From assembly GCA_040752575.1 (NCBI GenBank), contig JBFMGK010000003.1:115794-179793 (forward strand): a stretch of DNA of 64,000 bases. Direction: 5' to 3'. The notes under the pieces are model-generated. The model had not been told where the DNA came from. It ran no database searches and was given only the letters and a program-made list of their open reading frames with translations. This document shows, piece after piece, positions 36,401 to 43,031 of the stretch (position 1 is its first letter; each line of letters opens with the position of its first letter). Origin of the DNA: Candidatus Bipolaricaulota bacterium (GTDB lineage Bacteria > Bipolaricaulota > Bipolaricaulia > UBA7950 > UBA9294). Both the position numbers and the translations under genes were made by a program.

Positions 36401-39400
36401 CTCACGGCACTCACAAACAAGCCCGCCCGTGTCGAGGGTAGCGGCAAACGTGTAGCTGCAGGACGAGCATGCGATGGGCCATCCAGATAGGGTCAGGACT
36501 TGACTTCCTCCAGCGGCGAGAGGCAGCGTGCCCCCCAAGCTCGTGAACGTTCCGCTTCCCGTCCATCCGGTCGTCGACTCGGAGAAGCTGATCGTGAAAT
36601 CGCTCGATATAGCGGCTGTCCCCGCGTTGCGAACCGTGAGGAGGAGGCGCCCGTCGGAAATCCCGTCGCTCTCGCACGTGAACTGCGGGCTGATGTCCGA
36701 GGCGGAGATCGAGAGGTCGGGTACCGTGACCGTGGCCGTCCTCGTGACCGAACCTCCGCTTGACGTACAGAGGTACTCCGCGGTGGTGTTCGGATCGCCG
36801 TCAAGAGCGGCAAGCGTACATCCCCACGTCGTCACAGCCGTACCCGTGCGACGCGATGCGGTGCAGTTGTCCGGCGGGGGCGCGAGTCGGACCCCCAGTT
36901 GGACCGACTGCGAGCCGCCGGGCGCTAACGGGCCGATCTCCCAGCCCCACTGCTGGGGATTCGCCCCGATCTGTGTGCCGCCGGAGACGCGCACCAGATC
37001 TGCGCCGAGGGTGTCGATGATCCTGACGAACTCCGCGATGGAAGCTCCCGTGTTGGTCACCGTGATCGTCCACGTGACGGTGCTGCCGGGATTCGCGCAG
37101 TCCAGGACCGTGGTGGACGGCGTCTTCGTGACCGAGAGCGTGGGAGGAGCCGCCGTGAGGGTGACCGTCGACGTCGTATGAACCTGAGTTTCGCTGCAGC
37201 AGTCGTACGCGTACGTGTCGATCGTCGCCGACGCCGTCGTCCGATAGCAGGCGGCACTCACGCCGAAGCGCACGGCGACCTCGCCGCCAGGGGGAATCGT
37301 CGAGCAAAGGTCGTTCCCCGGCCCCGAGGCGGACGTGCTGTACCACGTCAGCACTTGGCCAGCCTGGACCGGGTTCGCCGCCGGCGCAAAGCCGCTCCCG
37401 CAGTCGATCTCCGTCGAACCGGCGAGATAGGCCAGCCCCGCGGGGAGCGTGATCTTCACGTCGGGCGAATACGCCGGCGCCGAGGTGCTGTTGTTCGTCA
37501 GCGTCAACGTCAGCGTGGCCTCGTCTGCGCACGCGCCGATGGACGTGGGCGACAGCGTCCCCGCCGAGGAGAGCGATATCGTGCGCGTCGCCGTGGCCGA
37601 CCCCGAGGCGTACGACGACGAGAGACACGACGGGGCCGAAGCGCTGCTCCCATCACCTCCGCAGGCCCAATAGGCGCGCACCGAGTTGGACAGCGGGCCG
37701 CAGCTCGCGGAGGCTGCGGTGACGGTGAGCGTCTCCGTCTCTCCGACCCCCAGGTCGGCGATCTCCCAGGTGACGTCTTGTCCCGAGCCGTGACCGCCGT
37801 CGACACCGCCCGTCGACGACGCGTACGTGACTCCGGCACCCAGTGTCGCTTCGACCCACACGACGGAGGCGACGGCCGGTCCGCCGTTGCTCACGCGAAT
37901 CTGCCACGTGACAGTGCCGTCGCACGCGATCGGTTGCCCGGGAGCCGGCGAGGTCTGCGTCACGGTCAACGAAAGAGAGGGCTTCCTCGTGGCGATCGTG
38001 AAGGATCCGATGCCCGAAAGGAAGACCTGGCCACATGGGTTCTCATAGCTCGAACGGGCCTGGAGCGTTCCCCCGTTGAACCCGCAGTCGGCGGCGACGT
38101 CGAACCGGATCTCGACCGTCGTCCCCGCTGCGACGGCTGCCAGCGCAGGAACTTGAGCCCCATCCCACGTCAGCGTGGGGCCGGGTGCCCCGTTTGGCGC
38201 GGCCGCCGGATTCCACGGACCGCCGCTGACCCTGTATTCGGCATTGCCGAGATACGACAGACCGGTCGGCAGGGTGGCGGTTGCGACCAGATCGTACGCG
38301 GTCGCGATCCCCGAACTGCGCAGGGTGATCGTGGCCTTGTCGACGGCGCACGCGTCGAGCGGCGTGGGCGCGAGCGACGTGGCGACGACGCTCGCCGGGG
38401 CGACCAGCACGTAGGAGCTGTCAGATCTCTCCGGCTGGCACGACGCGCCCCCGCACCCCCAACCGACGGTCGCTGCATGCGTCAAGTTTGAGCAGGACAC
38501 GAGGTCGGCCGTGAACTGGATGACGGGACGCTCGCCCGGCTCAATCCGTTCGAACAGGAACGATGCGCCGTTGATCGCCCCGCCGGAGTGATCTTGGTTC
38601 GGCTGCGTGGTCAGGGCGCCCGAGTAGCCGGACGCGGACGACGACGCGTAAGCAAGCCCGCTTCCGAGGAGGTCATCGACGTAGACGTTGTAGGCCGTGC
38701 CGTTGGAGCTGTTGTAGAGCTCGATTCTCCACGTCACCGACCGCTGGGTTGTGTACACGGCCTCGGGCGTCATCGTGATGTAGACGTCGCCCGAGAGCCG
38801 CAGCGATGCCGCGTCGGAGCCCGACACGGAGCACGTATCGTCGTAGCCATCGTCGTCGGTGCAGAGATCGTCGTACGTCCCCACGGCAGATAGCGCGGCG
38901 AGCGGACCGCCGCACTTCGTGGTCACGGGGACCGTCAGGCTGGCGCTTGAGCCCGGCGTGGAAAAGCCGTCGGCGAATCGCCACTCGACGGTGTTGGCGC
39001 CGACGATCGGTGGCTCGCTCGGCGCCACCCCCGACCCCGTGGCGCCGGCGAAGTCCGCGAGCACGCCCGCGGTCCCCGTGAGGACCAATCGGGCGTCGTA
39101 GGGGACGGCAACGGATGATGTTCGTGCGAAGCTGATCGTCACGGGGTACGTCGCGCAGTCCTCTTGGATCGTCGGAACCCCCGAGACCGAGACGCTCATC
39201 GCCGGCGGCTGCAGGGTGAGTTGCACCGTGTCGTAGAACAGCGTGCACGGCCCGACCGAGGGGATCTCGTGGCTCATCCACACGTAGAACGACGAGCTTG
39301 CGCCGCACGTCGGCGTGCTGGTCGATGTGGCTTGCAGGTCGTAGGTGAACGTCAGCGTGTGTCCGCGCACCGAACGGGTGTCCATGACGCGGAACTCCAC

Positions 39401-41281
39401 CGACGTCGGTCCGTCGGTCACGCTGACCGGCGTCGCGATTCCGTCGATGCTCGCCGACGCGCTGCCGGGGACGACCGCAAGGCCGTTCTCTTTCAGGAAG
39501 GCGTAGGAGAAATCGCTGAACGTGATCGTGTCCAGAGCTGGATCGTCCGCGAAGGGGTGGGCGTCGGTGAGGGTCACCGAATCCCCGCAACGCTCCAGCG
39601 TTGACGACGAGATCGTGTAGTCCGACGTGTAGAGGCGATCGCACGTCACGGCCGTCGTGGACGTCGCGGAGGCCGTCAGCACGCACCCGCAGCAACTCAG
39701 CGCCGTCGCTGTGACTTCGTTGGTCTGCTCGGTGTAGCAGTAGTCGCAGTCGAGAGGGACACTCACGATGAGTTGCCACGAGACGACCGACGTCACCGAA
39801 GGGTCGAACGTCCAGACCACGGTACCGCCCGTTCCTCCCGGCCCCGGGGTCCACGTTCCCCCGCCCGTCGCGATGACGGGGAAGCCGTCGGGAAGGGTGT
39901 CCGTAACCGTCACGAGGCCGGTGGAGCCGGAGCCGCATCCCGTCGGCCCGGTGTAGCTGGCCGTGATCTCGTAGGTCACGTCTTGGCCGTATCCCACGAC
40001 AGCGGGTCCTGACTTGGAGAGTGTTAGGCGAGGAGCCGCCGATGCACTGACGGAGCCGAACTGCGGCTGTGCGCGGTGCAAGACGCCGCAATCGTTCGTG
40101 TACTCCAGCGTATAAAGGGGCGTGCCGCTGGGCGTTGTCGCGCACCAGTCTCCGTTGAACGTGACGTCGAAGATCAGATCGAACGCCGATCCGCCGGCGA
40201 TGTCAGGCAGGTTGAAGCATCCGCCGCTGTACGTCGCGCCCCCCTGAACGTTCGAGATGATCATCGCGTCCAGGCCTGTTGCGCAGAGCACGCCGTCGTG
40301 CGCCGTGCCGTCGCCCGTGTTGATGACGGGGATGGTGACCGTTGTCGTGGTCGCGCAGTAGGGGATCACGATCGACGGCGCGGCGAACTCGAGAAACGGG
40401 AGTCGCTGGACAAACGACACGGAAGACGTCGCCGTGCCACACCCGCACTCGCCGAAGTTCGTTGCCGTATCGGCGCAGAGTTCGCCGTCGTCGCAGCCGA
40501 ACTTCGCGTCGAGCTCGTTCCCGAGACCCGTGCACGCCACAACGCGGGCGACGAGCGTGATGAATACGGAGTCGTCGGGATCGATGTCGGCCAGCCCGGG
40601 AACAGAGCCGGAGTCCCATGTGACGATGCCCCCCGCCTCGGACCCCGATGGCGACGACGAGACGTACTCAAGCCCCGCGCCTAGAGTGTCCGTGACCAAG
40701 ACGTTTCGAATGCTCCCGAGACCCGTGCTGCGGACCTCCAGCGTCCATGTGACCAGATCCCCCACGCCGGCGGACGGAGACGCCGGCGTCTTGATCACCG
40801 CGACGGCTCCGGGAAGGATCTCCACGGCGTGAGAGTCTGTCACGTGAAGAGAGACGCCCGGCTGGGCGCACTCGATGTAGTCAACCTCCGCAAGGTCCGT
40901 TCCGGAGACCGCAAGGCATGTCGTGGCAAGCTCGAATTCGAGCGTGGCGGTCTCGCCGGGCGGGAGCTCATAGCTTCCTCCGACGATCGAGTCGAGATCC
41001 CAGGCATTGAGCACCGGATCGGCGGCACGCGTCTCGCCCGTGTGCAGTGTGATGGCGCCCGATCCCGGGACGAACTCGTACTCGGCGCTGGGTGGTGTGT
41101 TCCGGAAGACAATCTGGCAGGCGGTCTGAGTCGGGCTGGAGTTCGTGAACGACATCACGAAGGTCCCCACATCGCACAGTTCGAGCGAACTGGGTCCGGA
41201 CAGAAGCTGTGCCGTCGCCGCGCCCGAAACCAGACCCACCATCAGGAGTGCACCCCAGATACCGCGGAGTCTATTCAACAC
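27410..41281 (-). CDS. Giant secreted or surface protein (4623 aa) with DUF11 and CARDB-like Ig repeats and three C-terminal helical repeats
   Basis: Signal peptide and SD GAGGAGG. Many GD.V.Y...V.N.G.G.A..V...D.LP.GL units and five PD[LV]...D......CEC...NN units. Confidence 0.9.
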   Translation of the reverse strand: MLNRLRGIWGALLMVGLVSGAATAQLLSGPSSLELCDVGTFVMSFTNSSPTQTACQIVFRNTPPSAEYEFVPGSGAITLHTGETRAADPVLNAWDLDSIVGGSYELPPGETATLEFELATTCLAVSGTDLAEVDYIECAQPGVSLHVTDSHAVEILPGAVAVIKTPASPSAGVGDLVTWTLEVRSTGLGSIRNVLVTDTLGAGLEYVSSSPSGSEAGGIVTWDSGSVPGLADIDPDDSVFITLVARVVACTGLGNELDAKFGCDDGELCADTATNFGECGCGTATSSVSFVQRLPFLEFAAPSIVIPYCATTTTVTIPVINTGDGTAHDGVLCATGLDAMIISNVQGGATYSGGCFNLPDIAGGSAFDLIFDVTFNGDWCATTPSGTPLYTLEYTNDCGVLHRAQPQFGSVSASAAPRLTLSKSGPAVVGYGQDVTYEITASYTGPTGCGSGSTGLVTVTDTLPDGFPVIATGGGTWTPGPGGTGGTVVWTFDPSVTSVVSWQLIVSVPLDCDYCYTEQTNEVTATALSCCGCVLTASATSTTAVTCDRLYTSDYTISSSTLERCGDSVTLTDAHPFADDPALDTITFSDFSYAFLKENGLAVVPGSASASIDGIATPVSVTDGPTSVEFRVMDTRSVRGHTLTFTYDLQATSTSTPTCGASSSFYVWMSHEIPSVGPCTLFYDTVQLTLQPPAMSVSVSGVPTIQEDCATYPVTISFARTSSVAVPYDARLVLTGTAGVLADFAGATGSGVAPSEPPIVGANTVEWRFADGFSTPGSSASLTVPVTTKCGGPLAALSAVGTYDDLCTDDDGYDDTCSVSGSDAASLRLSGDVYITMTPEAVYTTQRSVTWRIELYNSSNGTAYNVYVDDLLGSGLAYASSSASGYSGALTTQPNQDHSGGAINGASFLFERIEPGERPVIQFTADLVSCSNLTHAATVGWGCGGASCQPERSDSSYVLVAPASVVATSLAPTPLDACAVDKATITLRSSGIATAYDLVATATLPTGLSYLGNAEYRVSGGPWNPAAAPNGAPGPTLTWDGAQVPALAAVAAGTTVEIRFDVAADCGFNGGTLQARSSYENPCGQVFLSGIGSFTIATRKPSLSLTVTQTSPAPGQPIACDGTVTWQIRVSNGGPAVASVVWVEATLGAGVTYASSTGGVDGGHGSGQDVTWEIADLGVGETETLTVTAASASCGPLSNSVRAYWACGGDGSSASAPSCLSSSYASGSATATRTISLSSAGTLSPTSIGACADEATLTLTLTNNSTSAPAYSPDVKITLPAGLAYLAGSTEIDCGSGFAPAANPVQAGQVLTWYSTSASGPGNDLCSTIPPGGEVAVRFGVSAACYRTTASATIDTYAYDCCSETQVHTTSTVTLTAAPPTLSVTKTPSTTVLDCANPGSTVTWTITVTNTGASIAEFVRIIDTLGADLVRVSGGTQIGANPQQWGWEIGPLAPGGSQSVQLGVRLAPPPDNCTASRRTGTAVTTWGCTLAALDGDPNTTAEYLCTSSGGSVTRTATVTVPDLSISASDISPQFTCESDGISDGRLLLTVRNAGTAAISSDFTISFSESTTGWTGSGTFTSLGGTLPLAAGGSQVLTLSGWPIACSSCSYTFAATLDTGGLVCECRENNNIASLVYTPTIPDVVVHASTLAPSCAGDGQLRIQGSVTLRNQGCGASSLTTNIPMRFTVFAGASCGGTVLDQWTQTFTGVSLAAGGGTQAFAVDRTTTANACSPCEISVQIEADDSNTLCECSGTNNTFCATALPVAFPDLIASGIDFAGLGCTGDTISGLAAVTVTNTGCGSAGAFDVGLATSGCLAFASQRVTSLAAGASVVVQFPVAGAWSGCATCDCTFTATVDTGNEVCECTGTNNTGTAVYTSPLPDLVITTFTASAPNPCLPGSAQVTVRNSGCGIAPSGVVVGITGAATGQASTTVALAAGESETITVPFAAPVGCGSGYAVTATADPANAVCECTGANNTASTTFSVSAPDLAVSNVGAVCNLDDTFTVTASIRNTGGQTATGVSIRVYADGTRVHEETQSIDAGATYSLSYTTPPLLCATPHAIRVVADEAGVICECSEADNEASIAAALCTCPALTTAKSITNVWRSGASIWPTSTVESGDVVEYMATITNNGAAIAFHVDLADTLPDGLVYHTAAPGHNGEYTLSAGGSGTFPVPAGGSTFTTSLHATLAVGASLTLRYCAIAQSTLEQGDILTNIVTGDGQEGSGRDIPAGSASVTIEADRPALKVNKTIADVLRGGSSVGTSGPVEPGDLIVYRFVVRNVGEGTAYAVSISDTLPTGLLTETAAPGSAGTYTVSAPASSGSLGLTSGLTSFTAAVGAALAGGGTLTADYTARVTSAAVQGIALVNVAQANGVDNLGAATAASNAAAGDLSDDDAEDPDADDTGIASIDVAEPALSVDKRVVDVRRGGSSIGVVDPLLYGDLIIYRIVVRNVGEGTAYAVELEDDLPTGIVVDTSGPQGSGTYSVSAPVAGGSLGLADGAGGFSTSLDATVAGGETLTVEFAARVTLSAPPGVSLTNVATATGEDGFGTAIPISNAALGDTNDDDAEDSDPDDTGIATIRVGAPALVTEKRIDRVLRGARPVSSENVEPGDVVAYTLVVRNVGSGPALNVSVVDTLPEELDYRGPTNAAWPRGSSTVAPAGAPGPTLTWSLGAALEPGEALTLSYEAKVSNRVRQGLRYENTMLAAGEDAAGAAIPADARDTVPEDDDLDDASSASLQAVQPALVTEKRVLDVVRGGTRLGATAAVREGDLVTFELVVQNVGLGTAYDVDVRDALPPPFTYVSGTTDARWPLGTGTATADPLGGPSSLWWPLDARLAPDNVLTLRFQARVNGPTRAGTAYENRMSADGFDGDHNAIPANASASVRADTDLDDQDDAVLFGAADVPALVTHKSVSAVLRDGRNVADDRVELGDTVRFALVVRNVGTATAFSVDVSDRLPPEMSYVRGSARVTTPDRIFSAEPSDAGDSLLFDLDATLAIGQALTVHLDAVVDQPVVDGRRYVNRLQATGRDADGAVIAPDQRSLVPDDVDADDADTAAVIARSWLADGAGGVVEVPVLRKTAETLGSGGCLGIEAVAGAVWFQTDIALFAASEFASFAAESGTNDRFPDTLLPTWTRTVAHDLGQAATDNVLQVAVLSSIGVPLERAPRIAARAEAAGISLEAALAERLAELAAAAGLSTFDSPPAGRWIALEYAGGEPVFEASRDSTWGASGQWTEIDRRIVASNLGMGLLSGAQAAAARVTSQDAADRYTGWVLAEGLANKLQVLEGALLASTDGATTHVAHEAREREATGELEILDDASVLFDQVALIWGAARTLAWVRGANDWPAGERELASSLEAGAASVLDRAARAIAVYHAAPDGEFYGRSPSDAEPQRLLASTIDVALLLIATDEAADLAGVHGDVASRLRDAAEICLAKRQRSDGTFVEPSTTAGVFTALASQFAGIYGSLVAGNVEAAWKAYDALERDAWDGSLGFGLYRLDRGTFCTTALDMGLAVGALRRLAQGGDAQDAAQVLGRLAAYVRSVVDDGALQLDNALTESGARIVQGDGFGTLFGVSANAGADFAPVLQRWLCLVETGSESACGGLRVLDDSPWYQTDIGMFGAYALQASGIGREDDADAHLVAVILHSGLGLGSDAIEGFTSLDGRIAASLPTAEVRPTLIPFFAGDPVIGREPVTGLAWNPATFDTRIVPSALGMTLLREAQETSQILASVERSSEDEALVRALVAGIAAQVSALEDLQVPGPDGVSYLPHVSSARTTGGRTTYEAVDRTSQLFDHASVLLGLCEVARLTADPEAQALLAEIPVDPLAFPGRIASLAQMALSTLETAHRRGTERVLADSATPSNASWLPGDRVSALGLGLVAEALEGTLDVFSGARSTEIARQLLEEGASFVLSHLWTGQGVYRERWDAVPVEGAVCEPPTLGGQLGALRSLLAAHSVGFADLSAEIRAAVLAFDDRFWNHEAEAFAGAPDLLSWCATPLELGLALTALPSAAGFAEPVDADRIRAHIRRHVGRTLDALDLQLPARVEDQEGSTLLKAPVLDRRACVEPASPYRGVAWTRPGDIVRYVMEAENPTAEAFYSVLVTDVLPPGVHLLSAEPAPVSVDGQTLVWTYDSLEAGEIKRWTLEVRIDEDRPLGETLTNCVTLSAIDARGEPIPPRQACADVSLSTADDAWGGALRDAAVDYRTHEAMRLSVALDDLVTLDGLGEASAEATAASLANLGVLLGESGLGVPLSQFAQTTFFDAPSLAREAGLPAPPEFGAPIVLPSSGGVPIVERGVGFVDRAEDVSPAALGWTLAREAGFLATPRGDGLAAYLQSYVSAAVDWQVEWLRQTLTTSADGTASLVHGTRIVATEQGVDFTTSDPRVLAADQASILFGLARITTAAGASDAARRNAGEMAGGFVTAVCRHVLDDGTVSATLESDLLAGLTDVVLVARGLAEAVLTPTERSAEAAAALAAIARNVLNLEPAGIAEAAARVEILLIAARALGDVELRSAGLAAWEAFAATARAADGRLVFSDFARLGWRYTPAEAALAFELLGEILASGHGEGVAQLAAELLRVDILGERVYLRPVLGYWRDHVGLACLTEAPAFVRHAAP

Positions 41282-41329
41282 TGCTGACCCTCCTCACAAC
41301 CCCTAGCCACGTCTTCATGCCAATTGCCG

Positions 41330-41339
41330 ATTATACACA
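41330..41339 (-). promoter_or_regulatory. Extended -10 promoter element of the giant gene
   Basis: TGTGTATAAT on the minus strand, about 50 nt upstream of the start codon. Confidence 0.5.
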
Positions 41340-41600
41340 TGCCCGCCGCCGTCAGCGGGGACATCTGCGGCTGCCGACTCGTCCCGCGCGTCCCACGCCC
41401 CGCGTGGATCTGCGAGGGTGGAGTCCCCCTGCGCTGCGGGCGTGGTGTTCCGCGCGATCGACGACGTGCCGGCGCCTACCGGCAAGGCTCCCGTAGATCG
41501 AGGCGTCGTGGCCAGGTCCGGGAGTCGGCCCTTACGAGCGTCGTCAACATCGGATCCCCGGGCACCTTGTCGCAGACCGTTCAACGCGCTACACAGGAGC

Positions 41601-42416
41601 GTGCCCAACCGACCCCGGCGACACTTCATCGGCAGAGACCGGCGCTCTTCCTGGCCGCTGCTCGTTTCTCTGGGCCTCGTGACGCTGATCGGGCCGGCCC
41701 CTTACGTCGCGGGGCTCACGGTCTCGGTGTCCGAGTTCGATCTCGCGGCGACTCCCTGTGAGCAACGCACGCTCACCTTCGTCGTGCTCAACGATGAGCC
41801 GCGCAGCGCGCTCCTTGAGATCGTCATCGTGGATTGGGACGAAGCGCCCGATGGAACCACCAAGCTGTTCCCGGTCGGCGACGTCGACCGGTCTTGCGGG
41901 ATGTGGATCGCTGTCCCCTCCGGCCAACTCGCTCTGGCCCCGTTCGAGGAGGCCGAGGTTACGATCTCCCTCGAGGTGCCTCCCGGGGTTCGCGGGACGT
42001 ACTGGAGCGGCCTGCTTGTGCGTGCCGCGATGCCGGCCGCGCCGGCCGCAGGCCTTGTCGTCTCTCGCGAGGCGCTCGTCCGCCTCTTCTTCACGGTGTC
42101 CCCGGCGACGCGGTCCACAGCGGTGACCGACATGGAGGTCGTGTCCGTCGAGCCTTTCTCCGCGTCGGTCGAGCTCGAGAACGCAGGCGAGACGCGGGTT
42201 CGATTTCGCGAGGCCATCGTCACAGTGGAGGGACCGGCGCGAGCCGTTCGAACGGTGGTACTGCCTGCAACGGACGTTCTTCCAGGGCGAACCGTCCGGC
42301 TCTCCACTTCGGCACCGTGGGGTCTGGCCGAAAGCGGGATCTACATCATCCGCGCCGTCTTCGACGATGGTGGAGAGACCCTGATTGCCGGCCAGATTGC
42401 CGTACGCGTCCCCTAG
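41601..42416 (+). CDS. Secreted Ig-fold chaperone-like protein (PapD/DUF916-like)
   Basis: GTG after AGGAG; signal or TM segment; RSCGMWI...L.PFE..EV.....PPG..GTYWSGLLV and ELENAGET motifs. Confidence 0.6.
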   Translation: MPNRPRRHFIGRDRRSSWPLLVSLGLVTLIGPAPYVAGLTVSVSEFDLAATPCEQRTLTFVVLNDEPRSALLEIVIVDWDEAPDGTTKLFPVGDVDRSCGMWIAVPSGQLALAPFEEAEVTISLEVPPGVRGTYWSGLLVRAAMPAAPAAGLVVSREALVRLFFTVSPATRSTAVTDMEVVSVEPFSASVELENAGETRVRFREAIVTVEGPARAVRTVVLPATDVLPGRTVRLSTSAPWGLAESGIYIIRAVFDDGGETLIAGQIAVRVP

Positions 42417-42475
42417 CCCACGTCTCAACAGGACCGGGAGGAGGAAACATCGAGTCACGAGGGAGGCGGCCGACC

Positions 42476-42976
42476 ATGCGCTCACAAGACACGGGAAGAT
42501 CCCTGCTGCGTCGCCTGCTGGTCTTTCTCGCGCTGGGCGCGTTGGGAGCGTCCGTTCTCGCGGTCGAGACCTCGGTCGACGTCAAGGTCCGATGGCGCGT
42601 TCTCCCGTACCAATCGTTGTCCGTTGTCGGATCCGCGTCGGCGGGATCGACGATTGAGCTCGCTCTTCCCCAGGAGTCGCCGCTCGGGAGCGGGCAAGAC
42701 GAAACGCCGCGTGCGCTTCGCCTGCTCGTGGCGAGCAACGTTCCATGGAAGGTGCAGATCCGGCTCGAGGGCGAAGGCATCTCCTCGGCGGCGTACGTTG
42801 AAGCCCGCCAGACCGGCGGGACGTACGTCTTCCTTTCCGGAGATCCGGTGATCGTCGCGCGCGGAGCCCACGGAGTCTACGACGTCGACCTCGACATCCG
42901 GTGGACGATCGGCGGACCCTCTGCCCGCGAGGTCCTACAGCGCACGCGGCTGATCGCCACGATTCTCCCCGACTAG
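42476..42976 (+). CDS. Small secreted beta-rich protein (pilin/WxL-like subunit candidate)
   Basis: ATG 42476 after GGGAGG; signal peptide; V.SNVPWKV motif. Confidence 0.55.
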   Translation: MRSQDTGRSLLRRLLVFLALGALGASVLAVETSVDVKVRWRVLPYQSLSVVGSASAGSTIELALPQESPLGSGQDETPRALRLLVASNVPWKVQIRLEGEGISSAAYVEARQTGGTYVFLSGDPVIVARGAHGVYDVDLDIRWTIGGPSAREVLQRTRLIATILPD

Positions 42977-43031
42977 GCCGCCGTGCGGTGCGTCTGGACG
43001 GGCCCGGGAGTCCTGCGATAGAGTGGGAGCC

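Noticed and set aside
41340..41600. Riboswitch (for example c-di-GMP) between the giant gene and the chaperone-like gene
   Set aside because: Only imperfect GC-rich stems were visible and I recognised no consensus motif. An Infernal scan would be needed.
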